This document shows positions 12,167-21,706 of a stretch of DNA of 64,000 bases, in pieces. Source of the stretch: Candidatus Latescibacterota bacterium (GTDB lineage Bacteria; Latescibacterota; UBA2968; UBA8231); NCBI GenBank assembly GCA_965248265.1, contig CBDFJF010000002.1, positions 640,001 to 704,000 on the forward strand, in the 5' to 3' direction. Position numbers and translations under genes: made by a program. Each line of letters starts with the position of its first letter. Positions within the stretch are counted from its first letter, which is position 1. The notes beneath the pieces are model-generated. The model was not told the origin of the DNA, did no database searches, and was given only the letters and a program-made list of their open reading frames with translations.

Positions 12167-14408
12167 TCAAGACAGCAAATTTTCCCGTTACCTGGCTACC
12201 GTCTTCGGCATCGGCGACGAAGTAGTAGATGCCGGATCCAACCAGGAAGCCATCATCGTTGACGCCACTCCATCTCAGCGTTCCCTCTCCGGGCTGACCG
12301 GGAATCTGGACGACGAGCTCGCCTCCGAGGTTGTAGATGCCCAGTGTGGCTCCGAGTGGCAATCCCGCAAAGGTCAGTTTGCCTCGAGAGGCGAAGAACG
12401 GGTTGGGGAATACCCCCGAGCGGTCGCCCGGTTGCTCGGTATTTCCGATGGTGACACCGAGTCGACTCAACCCGTCGAACGTTCCGATCCACAGCTCGCC
12501 GCGGTCGTCGTCGAAGAGAAGGGATGTGACTCGATTGTTGATGAGGCCGCTGTTGCTGCTTGTCATGGTGAAGTCGATCTCACCATCCAGTCCTATCTGA
12601 CTCAATCCGCCTTCCGTAGCCACCCACACGTTGCCGCTGCTGTCGACTTCGAGATCGTTGATTTCATTGGAGGGCAGACCGTCCGCCGTCGTGTAGACAC
12701 GCCAGCGATCCACATTGAAGGTCCCATCCTGGCGCGAATAGCTGCCACTCACGCTGTTGAGCCCGGTGTCGGTCCCGACCCACACGGTGCCATCCGAACC
12801 CACCACCAGGTCTGACACGCGGTCGCTGGACATATTGGGTTCGTCGAAGCTGTTGATGAACACGGCGCGGTCGTCCGTGCTGTCGTATGGGGTGCCGCCA
12901 TCGTCGTACACACCGATGCCATCGAGCGGGGTCGTCAGCCATTTCAACCCGTCATCGGCGATGACGATCTTGTTCAGGTCGAGGCCTTTGAAGCCCAGGG
13001 CCGTCTCCTGGTCTATCACATGGCTACGCGTTGACGGAAAACCGTCTACGACGACGAGACCGAAGCGGACATTGACCAACCACATATTGCCGTCCGCATC
13101 GCGCGCAATGTCGCTGACGACGGAGAACGTTCCGTCGGGGGGCAAACCCTGCAAATCGGAGTTACCCGGGTGCATGCTCGTCCACCTCGTCCCACTCGAG
13201 TTGAGAATGGAGACGCCGGTCCCCCACGATCCGACCCAGAGCTGGCCGCGAGCGTCCGACTCCAGGCTAACCAGGTCATCAATCGGCAGGCCCGACGCCT
13301 TGTTGTGAACGTGCCAACCCGTCGACGTGAGTTGGTAGATGCCGAATGACTCCTGTTGGTCGTTGGGAATACTGGTCACCCAGAGATCTCCGTTCTCCAG
13401 CAGCTTCATTTCATAGAATCTGTTGGCGCCCGGCTCCGGCGAGGCCGGTGGCGGGGTGGCGTTGAATATCTTTATCCCACCATCCGTGGCCAACCAGAGA
13501 TTGGTGCGGTTGCGGGACAGCGCTTTGACGGAGTCGGGTTCAATCGGTCCGGGAAGCCGCTCCCAGTCTGCTTCTCCCTGCCGGCTATAGAAATTGCCAT
13601 CCCCGACGGCGGCGGTGGGGCGAAAACTGCGGCGGCCCAGGCTGACTATGTCATTGGTCTCAAAGTCTTTAAAAAATCGCTCTACAGGTGGGCCTGAGTA
13701 ATTCCAGTTGTACCTGAACACACCCTCCCGGGAAGCCACGTACACTTCTCCGTTATCCGCGAGCAGGTCCCGCACCGGGACGAAGCGTTTGGTTTCCTTC
13801 CAGCTCTCTGGATCCTGCAGGTTGGTTTGACGCGTATCGGCCCATGCCAATCCCTCAGCAGTTCCTGCCCACAGCACGCTGTCCGCCAAAGCGAGTTTGG
13901 TCACTTCGATGTCTTTGGGCAGTACAGTGCCCAGTTTCCGGTAGGTTTCCTTAACCTCCTCGCGATCGATGAGAAAAAGACTGACCCCGCGTTCGGAACC
14001 CACGTAAAGATTGTTGCCATCTGCCAACAGGGCCCGGACGCTCAGTCCCTCGAATTCGCGGAAGGGTTTATCGAACGTGCCGGTTTCAGGGCGGTAACGA
14101 CTGATGCCAAAACCCTCCGTGCCGAGCCAGATGTGATCATTGTCATCGGCCGCGAGAGACAGTACCCGGTTGCCTGCCAGGCCGTCCAACAGCGTGAACC
14201 GACTGTATTGCCGGTTCCGAGTATGGTAGAACAGGGCGCCACCCTGAGTGGCGGCCCATACGCCCTCCCCGGTGACCAAGATATCGTTGACGTCGAGCAT
14301 GCTGGTAAAGGCCGTCCACTCTCCCTCGATTGTCTGGCTCCGGCCTTCAACCACCAGCGTCGTGGCCAACGCGATCGCTGCCGCGATGTATCGTGTGACG
14401 AATTTCAT
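12150..14408 (-). CDS. PorZ-like beta-propeller protein with T9SS-type C-terminal domain
   Basis: Signal peptide, many 'G.LW.GT..GL' propeller repeats, C-terminal VFPNPF...IYNLGGELV...W.G.N..G..V.SGIY...KFAVL. Confidence 0.75.
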   Translation of the reverse strand: MKFVTRYIAAAIALATTLVVEGRSQTIEGEWTAFTSMLDVNDILVTGEGVWAATQGGALFYHTRNRQYSRFTLLDGLAGNRVLSLAADDNDHIWLGTEGFGISRYRPETGTFDKPFREFEGLSVRALLADGNNLYVGSERGVSLFLIDREEVKETYRKLGTVLPKDIEVTKLALADSVLWAGTAEGLAWADTRQTNLQDPESWKETKRFVPVRDLLADNGEVYVASREGVFRYNWNYSGPPVERFFKDFETNDIVSLGRRSFRPTAAVGDGNFYSRQGEADWERLPGPIEPDSVKALSRNRTNLWLATDGGIKIFNATPPPASPEPGANRFYEMKLLENGDLWVTSIPNDQQESFGIYQLTSTGWHVHNKASGLPIDDLVSLESDARGQLWVGSWGTGVSILNSSGTRWTSMHPGNSDLQGLPPDGTFSVVSDIARDADGNMWLVNVRFGLVVVDGFPSTRSHVIDQETALGFKGLDLNKIVIADDGLKWLTTPLDGIGVYDDGGTPYDSTDDRAVFINSFDEPNMSSDRVSDLVVGSDGTVWVGTDTGLNSVSGSYSRQDGTFNVDRWRVYTTADGLPSNEINDLEVDSSGNVWVATEGGLSQIGLDGEIDFTMTSSNSGLINNRVTSLLFDDDRGELWIGTFDGLSRLGVTIGNTEQPGDRSGVFPNPFFASRGKLTFAGLPLGATLGIYNLGGELVVQIPGQPGEGTLRWSGVNDDGFLVGSGIYYFVADAEDGSQVTGKFAVLNGTAK

Positions 14409-14423
14409 CCGTGCATTCTCAGT

Positions 14424-16901
14424 TCACATAGTCATTTGTGGGTCGACGACGGCGGCCATTTCGACGTCCAGCCGTGCCGCCATCTCGCGTAGTTCGGGGA
14501 TCACCTTGCGCGCGGCACCCCGTGTCTCCTGCGGCGTTGCCCCTACCATCAACGCCTGCCAACGAAACTTGCCTCGAAGCTGGGCCAACGGCGCTGGCGC
14601 CGGCCCCAGTACGCTCGCCTTCGTCGCTGTCCGCATCAGCGATTGAACACCTTCCCTGGCCGCGCGCTCAACCGTGTCTTCGCTCGCCCCGCGCCACCGG
14701 AATACCACCAGGCGTCCAAACGGCGGAAACCCGGCCGTGCGTCGCTCTTCGAGCTCGAGCTCGGCGAAGGAATCGAAATCCTGGCGCGCCGCCGCCTCGA
14801 GAACGGGGGAATCCGGCAGGCACGTCTGGATCACGACTTCCCCTGGATTCTCGCCCCTGCCGGAACGTCCAGCCACCTGGGTCAGCAGTTGGAAGCTGCG
14901 TTCGGAGGCGCGAAAATCAGGCAGGTGAAGTCCGGTGTCGGCCGAAATCACGCCGACCAGAGTAACTTCGGGAAAGTCCAGTCCCTTGGCGACCATCTGG
15001 GTACCAAGCAGGACATCGGCCTCCCCTCTGCGGAAGCGCTCAACCAGCTCGTCGTGGGCCCCCTTCCAGCCCGTCGTGTCCACATCCATACGAATGACGC
15101 CAATTCCGTCAAACTGTTCCACCAAAGCTTGTTCTACCCGCTGCGTACCGACGCCCTCCAGATGTACTTCCTCACTGCCACAGCTCGGGCATACCTCGGG
15201 TACCGGGCAGGAGTAATCGCAATAGTGACAGCGCAGACTGTCGGCTCGGGCCCGATGCAAGGTGAGGGAAACCCGGCAACGGTTACACTGAACGCTCTCG
15301 CCGCAGGAACGGCATTGAACGACCGGGGCGTAACCCCGACGATTGAGCAAGAGGAGGATTTTCTCCCCTTTCTGCAACCGGTCGTGCATTTTCGTCCGCA
15401 ACAGGTGTGAGAACAGGGAGCGCTCCCGGCGCTGAAACGGCTCGCGCCGCATGTCGACGACCTCCACCGAAGGGAGAGGGCGATCGTCGACCCTGCTGGG
15501 CAACTCGAGCAGCTCGTACTTGCCGTTACGGGCATTCCAGAATGACTCCAGACTCGGGGTCGCCGAGCCGAGGACGACCACGGCAGAAGACAGGCGGCCG
15601 CGCACAAGAGCCAGATCGCGGGCACTGTAGGCGATTGGCTGCCGGCTTTCCAGGTCGTCCTGGGTGTAGGAGGCGTCGTGCTCCTCATCGATGACGATGA
15701 GACCGAGGTCGCGGACAGGGGCCAGGATGGCCGATCGGGCTCCGATGACTAGTCGCTGGTCGCCGTGCCGGAGCGAGCGCCAAGTGTCGTAGCGTTCGCC
15801 GCCGCTGAGCTGGCTGTGGAGGACGGCGACTTCAGAGCCAAAATGTGACTTGAAGCGTCGAACCATCTGCCAGGCCAGGGCGATTTCAGGCACAAGGACG
15901 ATTACGCCCTTCCCGGCGGCCAGCGCGTGCGCGGCTGCCCTGATGTAGACGAGAGTTTTGCCGCTGCCGGTCACGCCCTTGAGCAGCGAGGCGTGGAACT
16001 CGCCACGGTCGAGTGCGGCCAACATCGACTGCAGCACATGTTCCTGATCGGCCGTCAGATTCAACGGCAGAGCGTCATCGGCCATAATATGGGCAAGCGG
16101 GTCGCGGACGACCTCGTTCTCCACAGTCTCGAGCAATCCACGGCTGCCCAGCCCCTTGATGACGGCGTAGCCAAAGCCGTGGGCCACGAGGTCCTTCTTG
16201 GGTCGGGCGCCGTTCGTCAGGAGGTAATCGAGGCAGGCTCCCTGCTTTGGCGCACGCTGCTGAACGATGGAAAGCTGCTGTCGGGCCTCATCCTCATTCA
16301 CCAGGTGTACGGTCTGTTCGTGGCGCACGGAGACCTGGGCCTCTTTGAGTATTGGCTGGATTTCGATGTGACCATTGCGACTCAGGCGCCGCAGGCAGGG
16401 TTCCAATCCCGATTTTCCCAGGCGTCTTTGCAGTGTGCTGACTTTTAGCGGACCGTCCTTCGTCAACTCCGCACAGACCTTTCTTTCCCGGTCATCCAAC
16501 TCCGCACACGTCGCACCCGTGTCGACGAGGGACACCAGTCGGTTGGATGTCATTTTGATACCCGGGGGTATGGCGGTCGCCAGGGCGGCCCCCAACGGCA
16601 ACAGATAATAGTCTGCCATCCAGCGACACAACTCGACGACGTCGGGAGCCAACAGGTCCGCATCCAGTACCTGCACGATGTCCCGGATAGCTCCGGGGCG
16701 GGGTGCGTCTGTCCCTGGGCTCGTCTCCGTCGACGCGGCCGTAACCACGAATCCGGTCAGCAAGCGTCGCTGCACGGGTACCAGCACCATCGACCCGGGG
16801 TGCACGAGGCCGAGCAATTCGGTTGGGATTCGGTATGTGAGTTGACGGGAAAGGGGAGGGGGCAGTGCCACTTCCACCAGGCTACCGTCGGCCAGACTCA
16901 T
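14424..16901 (-). CDS. priA: Primosomal protein N'
   Basis: GVTGSGKT, LVPEIAL, DEEHD, GSATPSLES, CxxC zinc motifs, GTQMVAKGLDFP, QVAGRSGR. Confidence 0.97.
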   Translation of the reverse strand: MSLADGSLVEVALPPPLSRQLTYRIPTELLGLVHPGSMVLVPVQRRLLTGFVVTAASTETSPGTDAPRPGAIRDIVQVLDADLLAPDVVELCRWMADYYLLPLGAALATAIPPGIKMTSNRLVSLVDTGATCAELDDRERKVCAELTKDGPLKVSTLQRRLGKSGLEPCLRRLSRNGHIEIQPILKEAQVSVRHEQTVHLVNEDEARQQLSIVQQRAPKQGACLDYLLTNGARPKKDLVAHGFGYAVIKGLGSRGLLETVENEVVRDPLAHIMADDALPLNLTADQEHVLQSMLAALDRGEFHASLLKGVTGSGKTLVYIRAAAHALAAGKGVIVLVPEIALAWQMVRRFKSHFGSEVAVLHSQLSGGERYDTWRSLRHGDQRLVIGARSAILAPVRDLGLIVIDEEHDASYTQDDLESRQPIAYSARDLALVRGRLSSAVVVLGSATPSLESFWNARNGKYELLELPSRVDDRPLPSVEVVDMRREPFQRRERSLFSHLLRTKMHDRLQKGEKILLLLNRRGYAPVVQCRSCGESVQCNRCRVSLTLHRARADSLRCHYCDYSCPVPEVCPSCGSEEVHLEGVGTQRVEQALVEQFDGIGVIRMDVDTTGWKGAHDELVERFRRGEADVLLGTQMVAKGLDFPEVTLVGVISADTGLHLPDFRASERSFQLLTQVAGRSGRGENPGEVVIQTCLPDSPVLEAAARQDFDSFAELELEERRTAGFPPFGRLVVFRWRGASEDTVERAAREGVQSLMRTATKASVLGPAPAPLAQLRGKFRWQALMVGATPQETRGAARKVIPELREMAARLDVEMAAVVDPQMTM

Positions 16902-16915
16902 GGTTGCCGGAGCGT

Positions 16916-18112
16916 TCAGTCTGAGGCGGTGAAGTCGTGCTCTCCACTGAGCTGACTCAGTGGCTGCAGGTCTCGAGACAACAGGGTGACGCTGTCTTTC
17001 GAGGCGCGGAAACGGAGCACTTCCGTGGGATCTCCGAGGCGCCCGTTACCCAGCAGTTTTCCTTCGAGATAGAAGCGTACTCCGTGCGCACGGCCCGCCT
17101 TTACCATGAAAAATTCCCGCGCTTGCCAACGCCGTCTCTGTCCTTGCGGGATGACGACCTCCGTGCCACCGGCACCACCGTCCCACTGGATCTGAACCCA
17201 AGTCGAATCCACTGCTTCGGCTTCCAACGTCAGCAGACCGGACGCGCCACCTTGGGACGGCGCCGGAGGGACCGGGATCGGTGGGCGCTCCTCGAGCGGC
17301 GCTGCCAATGCTCTCTTGCTCGAGTCCGCAGGTGCGGCCACGGCAGGAGGGACCGGTGCAACGGACACAGCCGGGGCGTCCCCGGCGCCAGCTAAATTCC
17401 GTGCGGAATGGACAATCTCAGACGGATCGGCACTCTCCGACAGCCTACCCTCCATGGTGTCCCCCGCCACGTTCTCAATCGCGGGTTCAGTTGTGCCGCT
17501 TACCTGTTCAGACGAGCCGCGGCCCGGTTGCTGCGCAAGTGCGGTTGTTGATGATGCTTCATCCGCGGCGTCAGGTGATGTCGATGTCGCCACAGCATCC
17601 GCAACCCTATCTGGTTGATGCTCGGTCGCTGCGGCTTCCTGCAGTTGACGGTTCGAATGAGCAGAGCCATCGCCCAGACTACCGGTATACCACAATGCCA
17701 GGAAGACGACGATCAAGACCACGGAGGCGACGAATACCAGGCGCTGTGCCTGAGACAACCGACGAAACATTTCAAGCGTGTCGGCCAACCAGGCGGCACC
17801 GCCAGTCATCAACGAAGCGCCATCTCCGGCACTGGCAGCAACCGCAATCGGCGTAGGCTTGGTAGCCACGTCCAGATCCGCCTCGAGCATGCGCAGCATC
17901 TCGTCAACATCGAGTTCAAGGTGCTCGGCATATGACTTGAGAGCCAGCAGCACGTACACGGGCTCCACGACGTCGAGCTGGCCACTCTCCAGCCCCCGGA
18001 GCACCTTCGGGCTGATTCCGATTAGTTGGTTGACCTGTTCGACCGTCTCGCCACGCGCCTCGCGTGCACGAAGCAGGCGGTCTGACAGTGAGGGGGCACC
18101 TTCAGTAGTCAT
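16916..18112 (-). CDS. rodZ: RodZ-like protein (HTH, TM helix, low-complexity linker, DUF4115-like C-terminus)
   Basis: LRAREARG...LESG...LKSYAEHLELD HTH, single TM, C-terminal STWVQI..DG; start could be GTG 18136. Confidence 0.75.
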   Translation of the reverse strand: MTTEGAPSLSDRLLRAREARGETVEQVNQLIGISPKVLRGLESGQLDVVEPVYVLLALKSYAEHLELDVDEMLRMLEADLDVATKPTPIAVAASAGDGASLMTGGAAWLADTLEMFRRLSQAQRLVFVASVVLIVVFLALWYTGSLGDGSAHSNRQLQEAAATEHQPDRVADAVATSTSPDAADEASSTTALAQQPGRGSSEQVSGTTEPAIENVAGDTMEGRLSESADPSEIVHSARNLAGAGDAPAVSVAPVPPAVAAPADSSKRALAAPLEERPPIPVPPAPSQGGASGLLTLEAEAVDSTWVQIQWDGGAGGTEVVIPQGQRRRWQAREFFMVKAGRAHGVRFYLEGKLLGNGRLGDPTEVLRFRASKDSVTLLSRDLQPLSQLSGEHDFTASD

Positions 18113-18153
18113 TGTGGAGGAATATTCTCGGGACACAATCCAAGACGCGAATA

Positions 18154-18783
18154 TCAGCTGTAACCAGCCTCACTCAGCATGGCAGTCAAACGCGCCAACG
18201 GCAAGCCGACGACATTATAATAACAACCACTTATGCGTTCAACGAAGCGCGCGCCCAGACCCTGAATAGCATAGGCACCGGCCTTGTCCATCGGTTCTCC
18301 GGAGGCCACGTAGGTCTCGATATCCTCAGCGGACAGCGGTCTCATCCAGACCTCCGTGAAAACGCAATCCGTTTGCTCACGCCAACCAGGGCCCAACAAG
18401 CAGACACCCGTACACACCGTGTGACTCCGGCCTGACAGAAGGCGTAACATCGCCCGTGCGTTCGCCGTGTCCGCCGGCTTACCGAGAATCCGGCCGTCCA
18501 CGACCACCATGGTATCCGCCCCAATGACGATCGTCGGTGTGTCAGCGGTCGGGCCCACCAGTTCATGAACCGCCCGTGCCTTGACTTGCGCGCACTTGAT
18601 CGCTTGCCCTCCCGGATCATCGTCGTCGATGGGCGCTGGTTCCGCCTGGGAACTGACGACCTGGTCGAACTCGATGTGCAATTGACGCAGCAGTTGTCCG
18701 CGTCGCGGCGATCCCGAGCCCAGGACCAGGCGAATGCCGTGTTGCCCAATCACGGGTGCTCCATCATCACGGCCGCTCGGCAT
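18154..18783 (-). CDS. maf: Maf family nucleoside triphosphate pyrophosphatase
   Basis: LGSGSPRR, IGADT, GKP, LSGRSH, GEPMDKAGAYAIQG, NVVGLP. Confidence 0.95.
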   Translation of the reverse strand: MPSGRDDGAPVIGQHGIRLVLGSGSPRRGQLLRQLHIEFDQVVSSQAEPAPIDDDDPGGQAIKCAQVKARAVHELVGPTADTPTIVIGADTMVVVDGRILGKPADTANARAMLRLLSGRSHTVCTGVCLLGPGWREQTDCVFTEVWMRPLSAEDIETYVASGEPMDKAGAYAIQGLGARFVERISGCYYNVVGLPLARLTAMLSEAGYS

Positions 18784-19222
18784 CCGGATACTCCAAAAAG
18801 ATGGTCACGGGACCGTCATTGTGTATTTCGACGCACATGTGAGCGCCGAACACGCCGGTGGCGACTTCAATACCGCGCTGAGCCATGCTGTCGGCAAACT
18901 GGTTGTACAGCTGCTCGGCCACGTCCGCCGAAGCCGCGGCGTTGAAGCTGGGCCGTCGTCCGCGACTGCAATCCCCATACAGGGTAAATTGCGAGATGAC
19001 CAGGGCGCCGCCCGAGACCTCGAGGAGGGAGCGATTCATGCGCCCCTCCGCGTCGGCGAACAAGCGCAGGTTCACGCACTTGTCCACGCAGTATTCAACA
19101 GTCGCCGAATCATCTTCAGCACCGACGCCGACCAACAGAACCAGGCCGGTCTCGATAGCACCGGTCGTCTCGCCATCTACGCTCACGCTGGCCAAACTCA
19201 CGCGTTGCACCAGAACTCTCAA
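18767..19222 (-). CDS. dtd: D-aminoacyl-tRNA deacylase
   Basis: MRVLVQRV, SQFTL, GRRPSF, FGAHM, NDGPVT. Confidence 0.97.
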   Translation of the reverse strand: MRVLVQRVSLASVSVDGETTGAIETGLVLLVGVGAEDDSATVEYCVDKCVNLRLFADAEGRMNRSLLEVSGGALVISQFTLYGDCSRGRRPSFNAAASADVAEQLYNQFADSMAQRGIEVATGVFGAHMCVEIHNDGPVTIFLEYPDAERP

Positions 19223-19225
19223 TCG

Positions 19226-21706
19226 CTATCTCCTTCCCGTGCGTTCACCGCGTTCAAAGCGAATCTGGGGGATGTCTTCGAACTGGGCCTTGAAGTAGAA
19301 TGCATGGTCCTCGGCGAAACGGCTGGGCTCGACATTGACGGTTGCAGACCAGTCGTGAAACTCGCGTTTCACGGACAGGAGCTCGGATGTCACGCGCTCT
19401 TGAGCGATCAGGGCGTCGCCAGGAGCATGCAGGTTATAGTTGACGGAATAATGGAAATGCCAGGCGTGTCGCCAGGACCATCCCGCGGCAGTGCGAGCCC
19501 AGGAGCGTGTCTGGTTGCCGGACGAACTTCGACGGCGTGAGAAATAATGGCTGATCTGCAACTGGCGTCCGCGCGCACGGGAGCCAATGTCGCGTTGTAG
19601 GCCGCCCTCGAAGCCGAACTCGTCGCGCCTCGAAGAGGGCAACCGGCCATACGACTCCGCTCCTGCGTAGCCGTACCGGCCGTCATAGTCGACTTCGGGG
19701 TCACCGCGATCTTGAACCGTGCGACCGGAGCGCTGCTCGTGCAACCGCACCGTCGAGTTGACTTCGAACTGCCGCAGTCGCGGCAGTGGATGAAACTCGT
19801 CATCATCGTCGTAGAATTCTGAGCGCAGACTGACACGGGTGTCGAAACGCCGTCCTACGTCGACGGTGAGGCTGGATACCAGATCAGACAAGGGTCTGCT
19901 GTTGCGGTCAAAATCGTAAGACGTTGCGAAGTTGACCTGTGCCAGGCGAATTTTCTGCTCCTCCTCGTCGCGCAGCATCTTGGCCCATATGCTGTTGGCC
20001 AGTCGAAGTGTCAGGCGGCGACTCTGCTTCCACGGTCGGCTCCTGCCACCAAACCCCAGCGTCCCTCCGGTGTCGGCTCTGGTGGCTTCGTAGCGCACTC
20101 CGACGTCTGGCTTGAGCACGTGTCGCAACGCAGTCACCCGGGGAAACATGGAGGGGTAGTACATACCATAGAGCGTCTGCGACAGAGTCGTCGACACCGT
20201 AACCCGGTCGGTTCTTACTCCTTCGAAGCGTGCTTCGGAGCGGCGCAGGTCCGCGTCTCGCCAGCGCTCACTCAAGCTGGCGTTGACGTTGAGCCAACTC
20301 ACCGGTCGTTGTTGGGACGACAGCCCGAGGGCGAAGTCACCACTGGTGGCGCTGGTTGTGTCCGTCGCCGTACCCCGCCTGGTGTTGCGCAAGCGGCCGT
20401 TGGCATCGTAGTAGATCCGTGAGTACCACGGTCCACCCCGACCGCGAGTTCGCGTCCCAAACAGCGATTTGCGGTTCGACCGAATGCTCATCTCTGGCCG
20501 CACCTCATTGAAGCTATCGGTGTCGAGGTTCTCGTTGCGGCTGGCGCTGACGTTCAGTGTGTAGCCGGCTTCGCGCCAGCGCTTGTCGAAGCGGACATTG
20601 GTGCGCAAGGTACGATTGAGACGTTCCTGCAGGACATCGCTGTTGTCGCGGCTGAAATTCTTGTTGCTCTGGAAGGTCCCCGACGCCCGAACATTCGCCG
20701 ATGGAGACAGTTGCTGGTTGTGACGGAAGGTCGTCCACCATTCCCAACGAACGTTGCCCTGGGTCTGCCGGTTCTCGAGCCGGGTCTCCACTCGCCCATC
20801 GAAGTGATAACGCCGGGCATAGGCGACCCTGCCCCGTCCGAGCCATCCCGAGCGCTGGCGCAGTTTTGATGATAGCAGCAGGTCCCAGTGTTCGCTCGGC
20901 GCCAGGTAGTATCCCAGGTTCCTGACCTCCCACTCGCTCTCCTGGCTGGCAAAGCTGAGCGGTCGCCGCCCGAACCCGGGTGTGAGCAGGCCGGATTGTC
21001 GATGTTCGCGCAGCGAGAATACGTAGAAGGGAATCCAGAACAGGCGGGTCTCGCCAATGCGGAAGTACACCGGCCGTGCGATGGCCATCTCACCGGCGAG
21101 GACCTTTATTCGCGGGCTGTAGAAGTCAAAATGCGGGTGCGGGCGGTCGCAGGTCGTGTAGGATCCGGCGTGGACATGGAATTCCTCCTCGGGCCTGGTC
21201 TCGATGAATTCGCCGCCGTAGAACCCCTTCTTGTAGGCGATGCGACCCTGGAAAATCGTTCCCTCACCACTCTCGATGTCATACAGGATCCGGTCCCCAC
21301 GCAGCAAGTCTGATCCCTTTTTCAAGCTCGGGCTGCCGATGGTGCCGCCACTGTCGGTGAGGGCACGCGCTTCGATGAGCTGTGCCTTGTAGTGATAGAC
21401 CATCTCTCCGGCTTCGAGTGTGGCCCCCCGATGCACGACGACGGCATTGCCGCGCAGGAGCAGTGAATCGCCCTTTTCGATGAAGCTGTCGGCCGTGTAT
21501 TCGAACGATTTGCCTTCTGGCATTGCCAGCAATTCGTCGATCTCCGAGAGCGAGAGGGCGGACGCCGGAGAATTCGCGGTGGCGTCCTGCTGCTGGGCCA
21601 CGGATGGTGCACACACCAATGCACCGATAACGATAAGCCGGATTCGACAGCCAGTGGTTCCGTGTAGGGGGATCACCGCCACACCGCTCGCACCTGATTC
21701 AGCCAC
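19226..21706 (-). CDS. lptD: LPS assembly protein LptD (FCB-type)
   Basis: OstA-like N-terminus, YTTCDRPHPHF, SGLLTPGFG, NLGYY, beta-barrel C-terminus; start estimated at GTG 21706 overlapping rlmB stop. Confidence 0.8.
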   Translation of the reverse strand: MAESGASGVAVIPLHGTTGCRIRLIVIGALVCAPSVAQQQDATANSPASALSLSEIDELLAMPEGKSFEYTADSFIEKGDSLLLRGNAVVVHRGATLEAGEMVYHYKAQLIEARALTDSGGTIGSPSLKKGSDLLRGDRILYDIESGEGTIFQGRIAYKKGFYGGEFIETRPEEEFHVHAGSYTTCDRPHPHFDFYSPRIKVLAGEMAIARPVYFRIGETRLFWIPFYVFSLREHRQSGLLTPGFGRRPLSFASQESEWEVRNLGYYLAPSEHWDLLLSSKLRQRSGWLGRGRVAYARRYHFDGRVETRLENRQTQGNVRWEWWTTFRHNQQLSPSANVRASGTFQSNKNFSRDNSDVLQERLNRTLRTNVRFDKRWREAGYTLNVSASRNENLDTDSFNEVRPEMSIRSNRKSLFGTRTRGRGGPWYSRIYYDANGRLRNTRRGTATDTTSATSGDFALGLSSQQRPVSWLNVNASLSERWRDADLRRSEARFEGVRTDRVTVSTTLSQTLYGMYYPSMFPRVTALRHVLKPDVGVRYEATRADTGGTLGFGGRSRPWKQSRRLTLRLANSIWAKMLRDEEEQKIRLAQVNFATSYDFDRNSRPLSDLVSSLTVDVGRRFDTRVSLRSEFYDDDDEFHPLPRLRQFEVNSTVRLHEQRSGRTVQDRGDPEVDYDGRYGYAGAESYGRLPSSRRDEFGFEGGLQRDIGSRARGRQLQISHYFSRRRSSSGNQTRSWARTAAGWSWRHAWHFHYSVNYNLHAPGDALIAQERVTSELLSVKREFHDWSATVNVEPSRFAEDHAFYFKAQFEDIPQIRFERGERTGRR

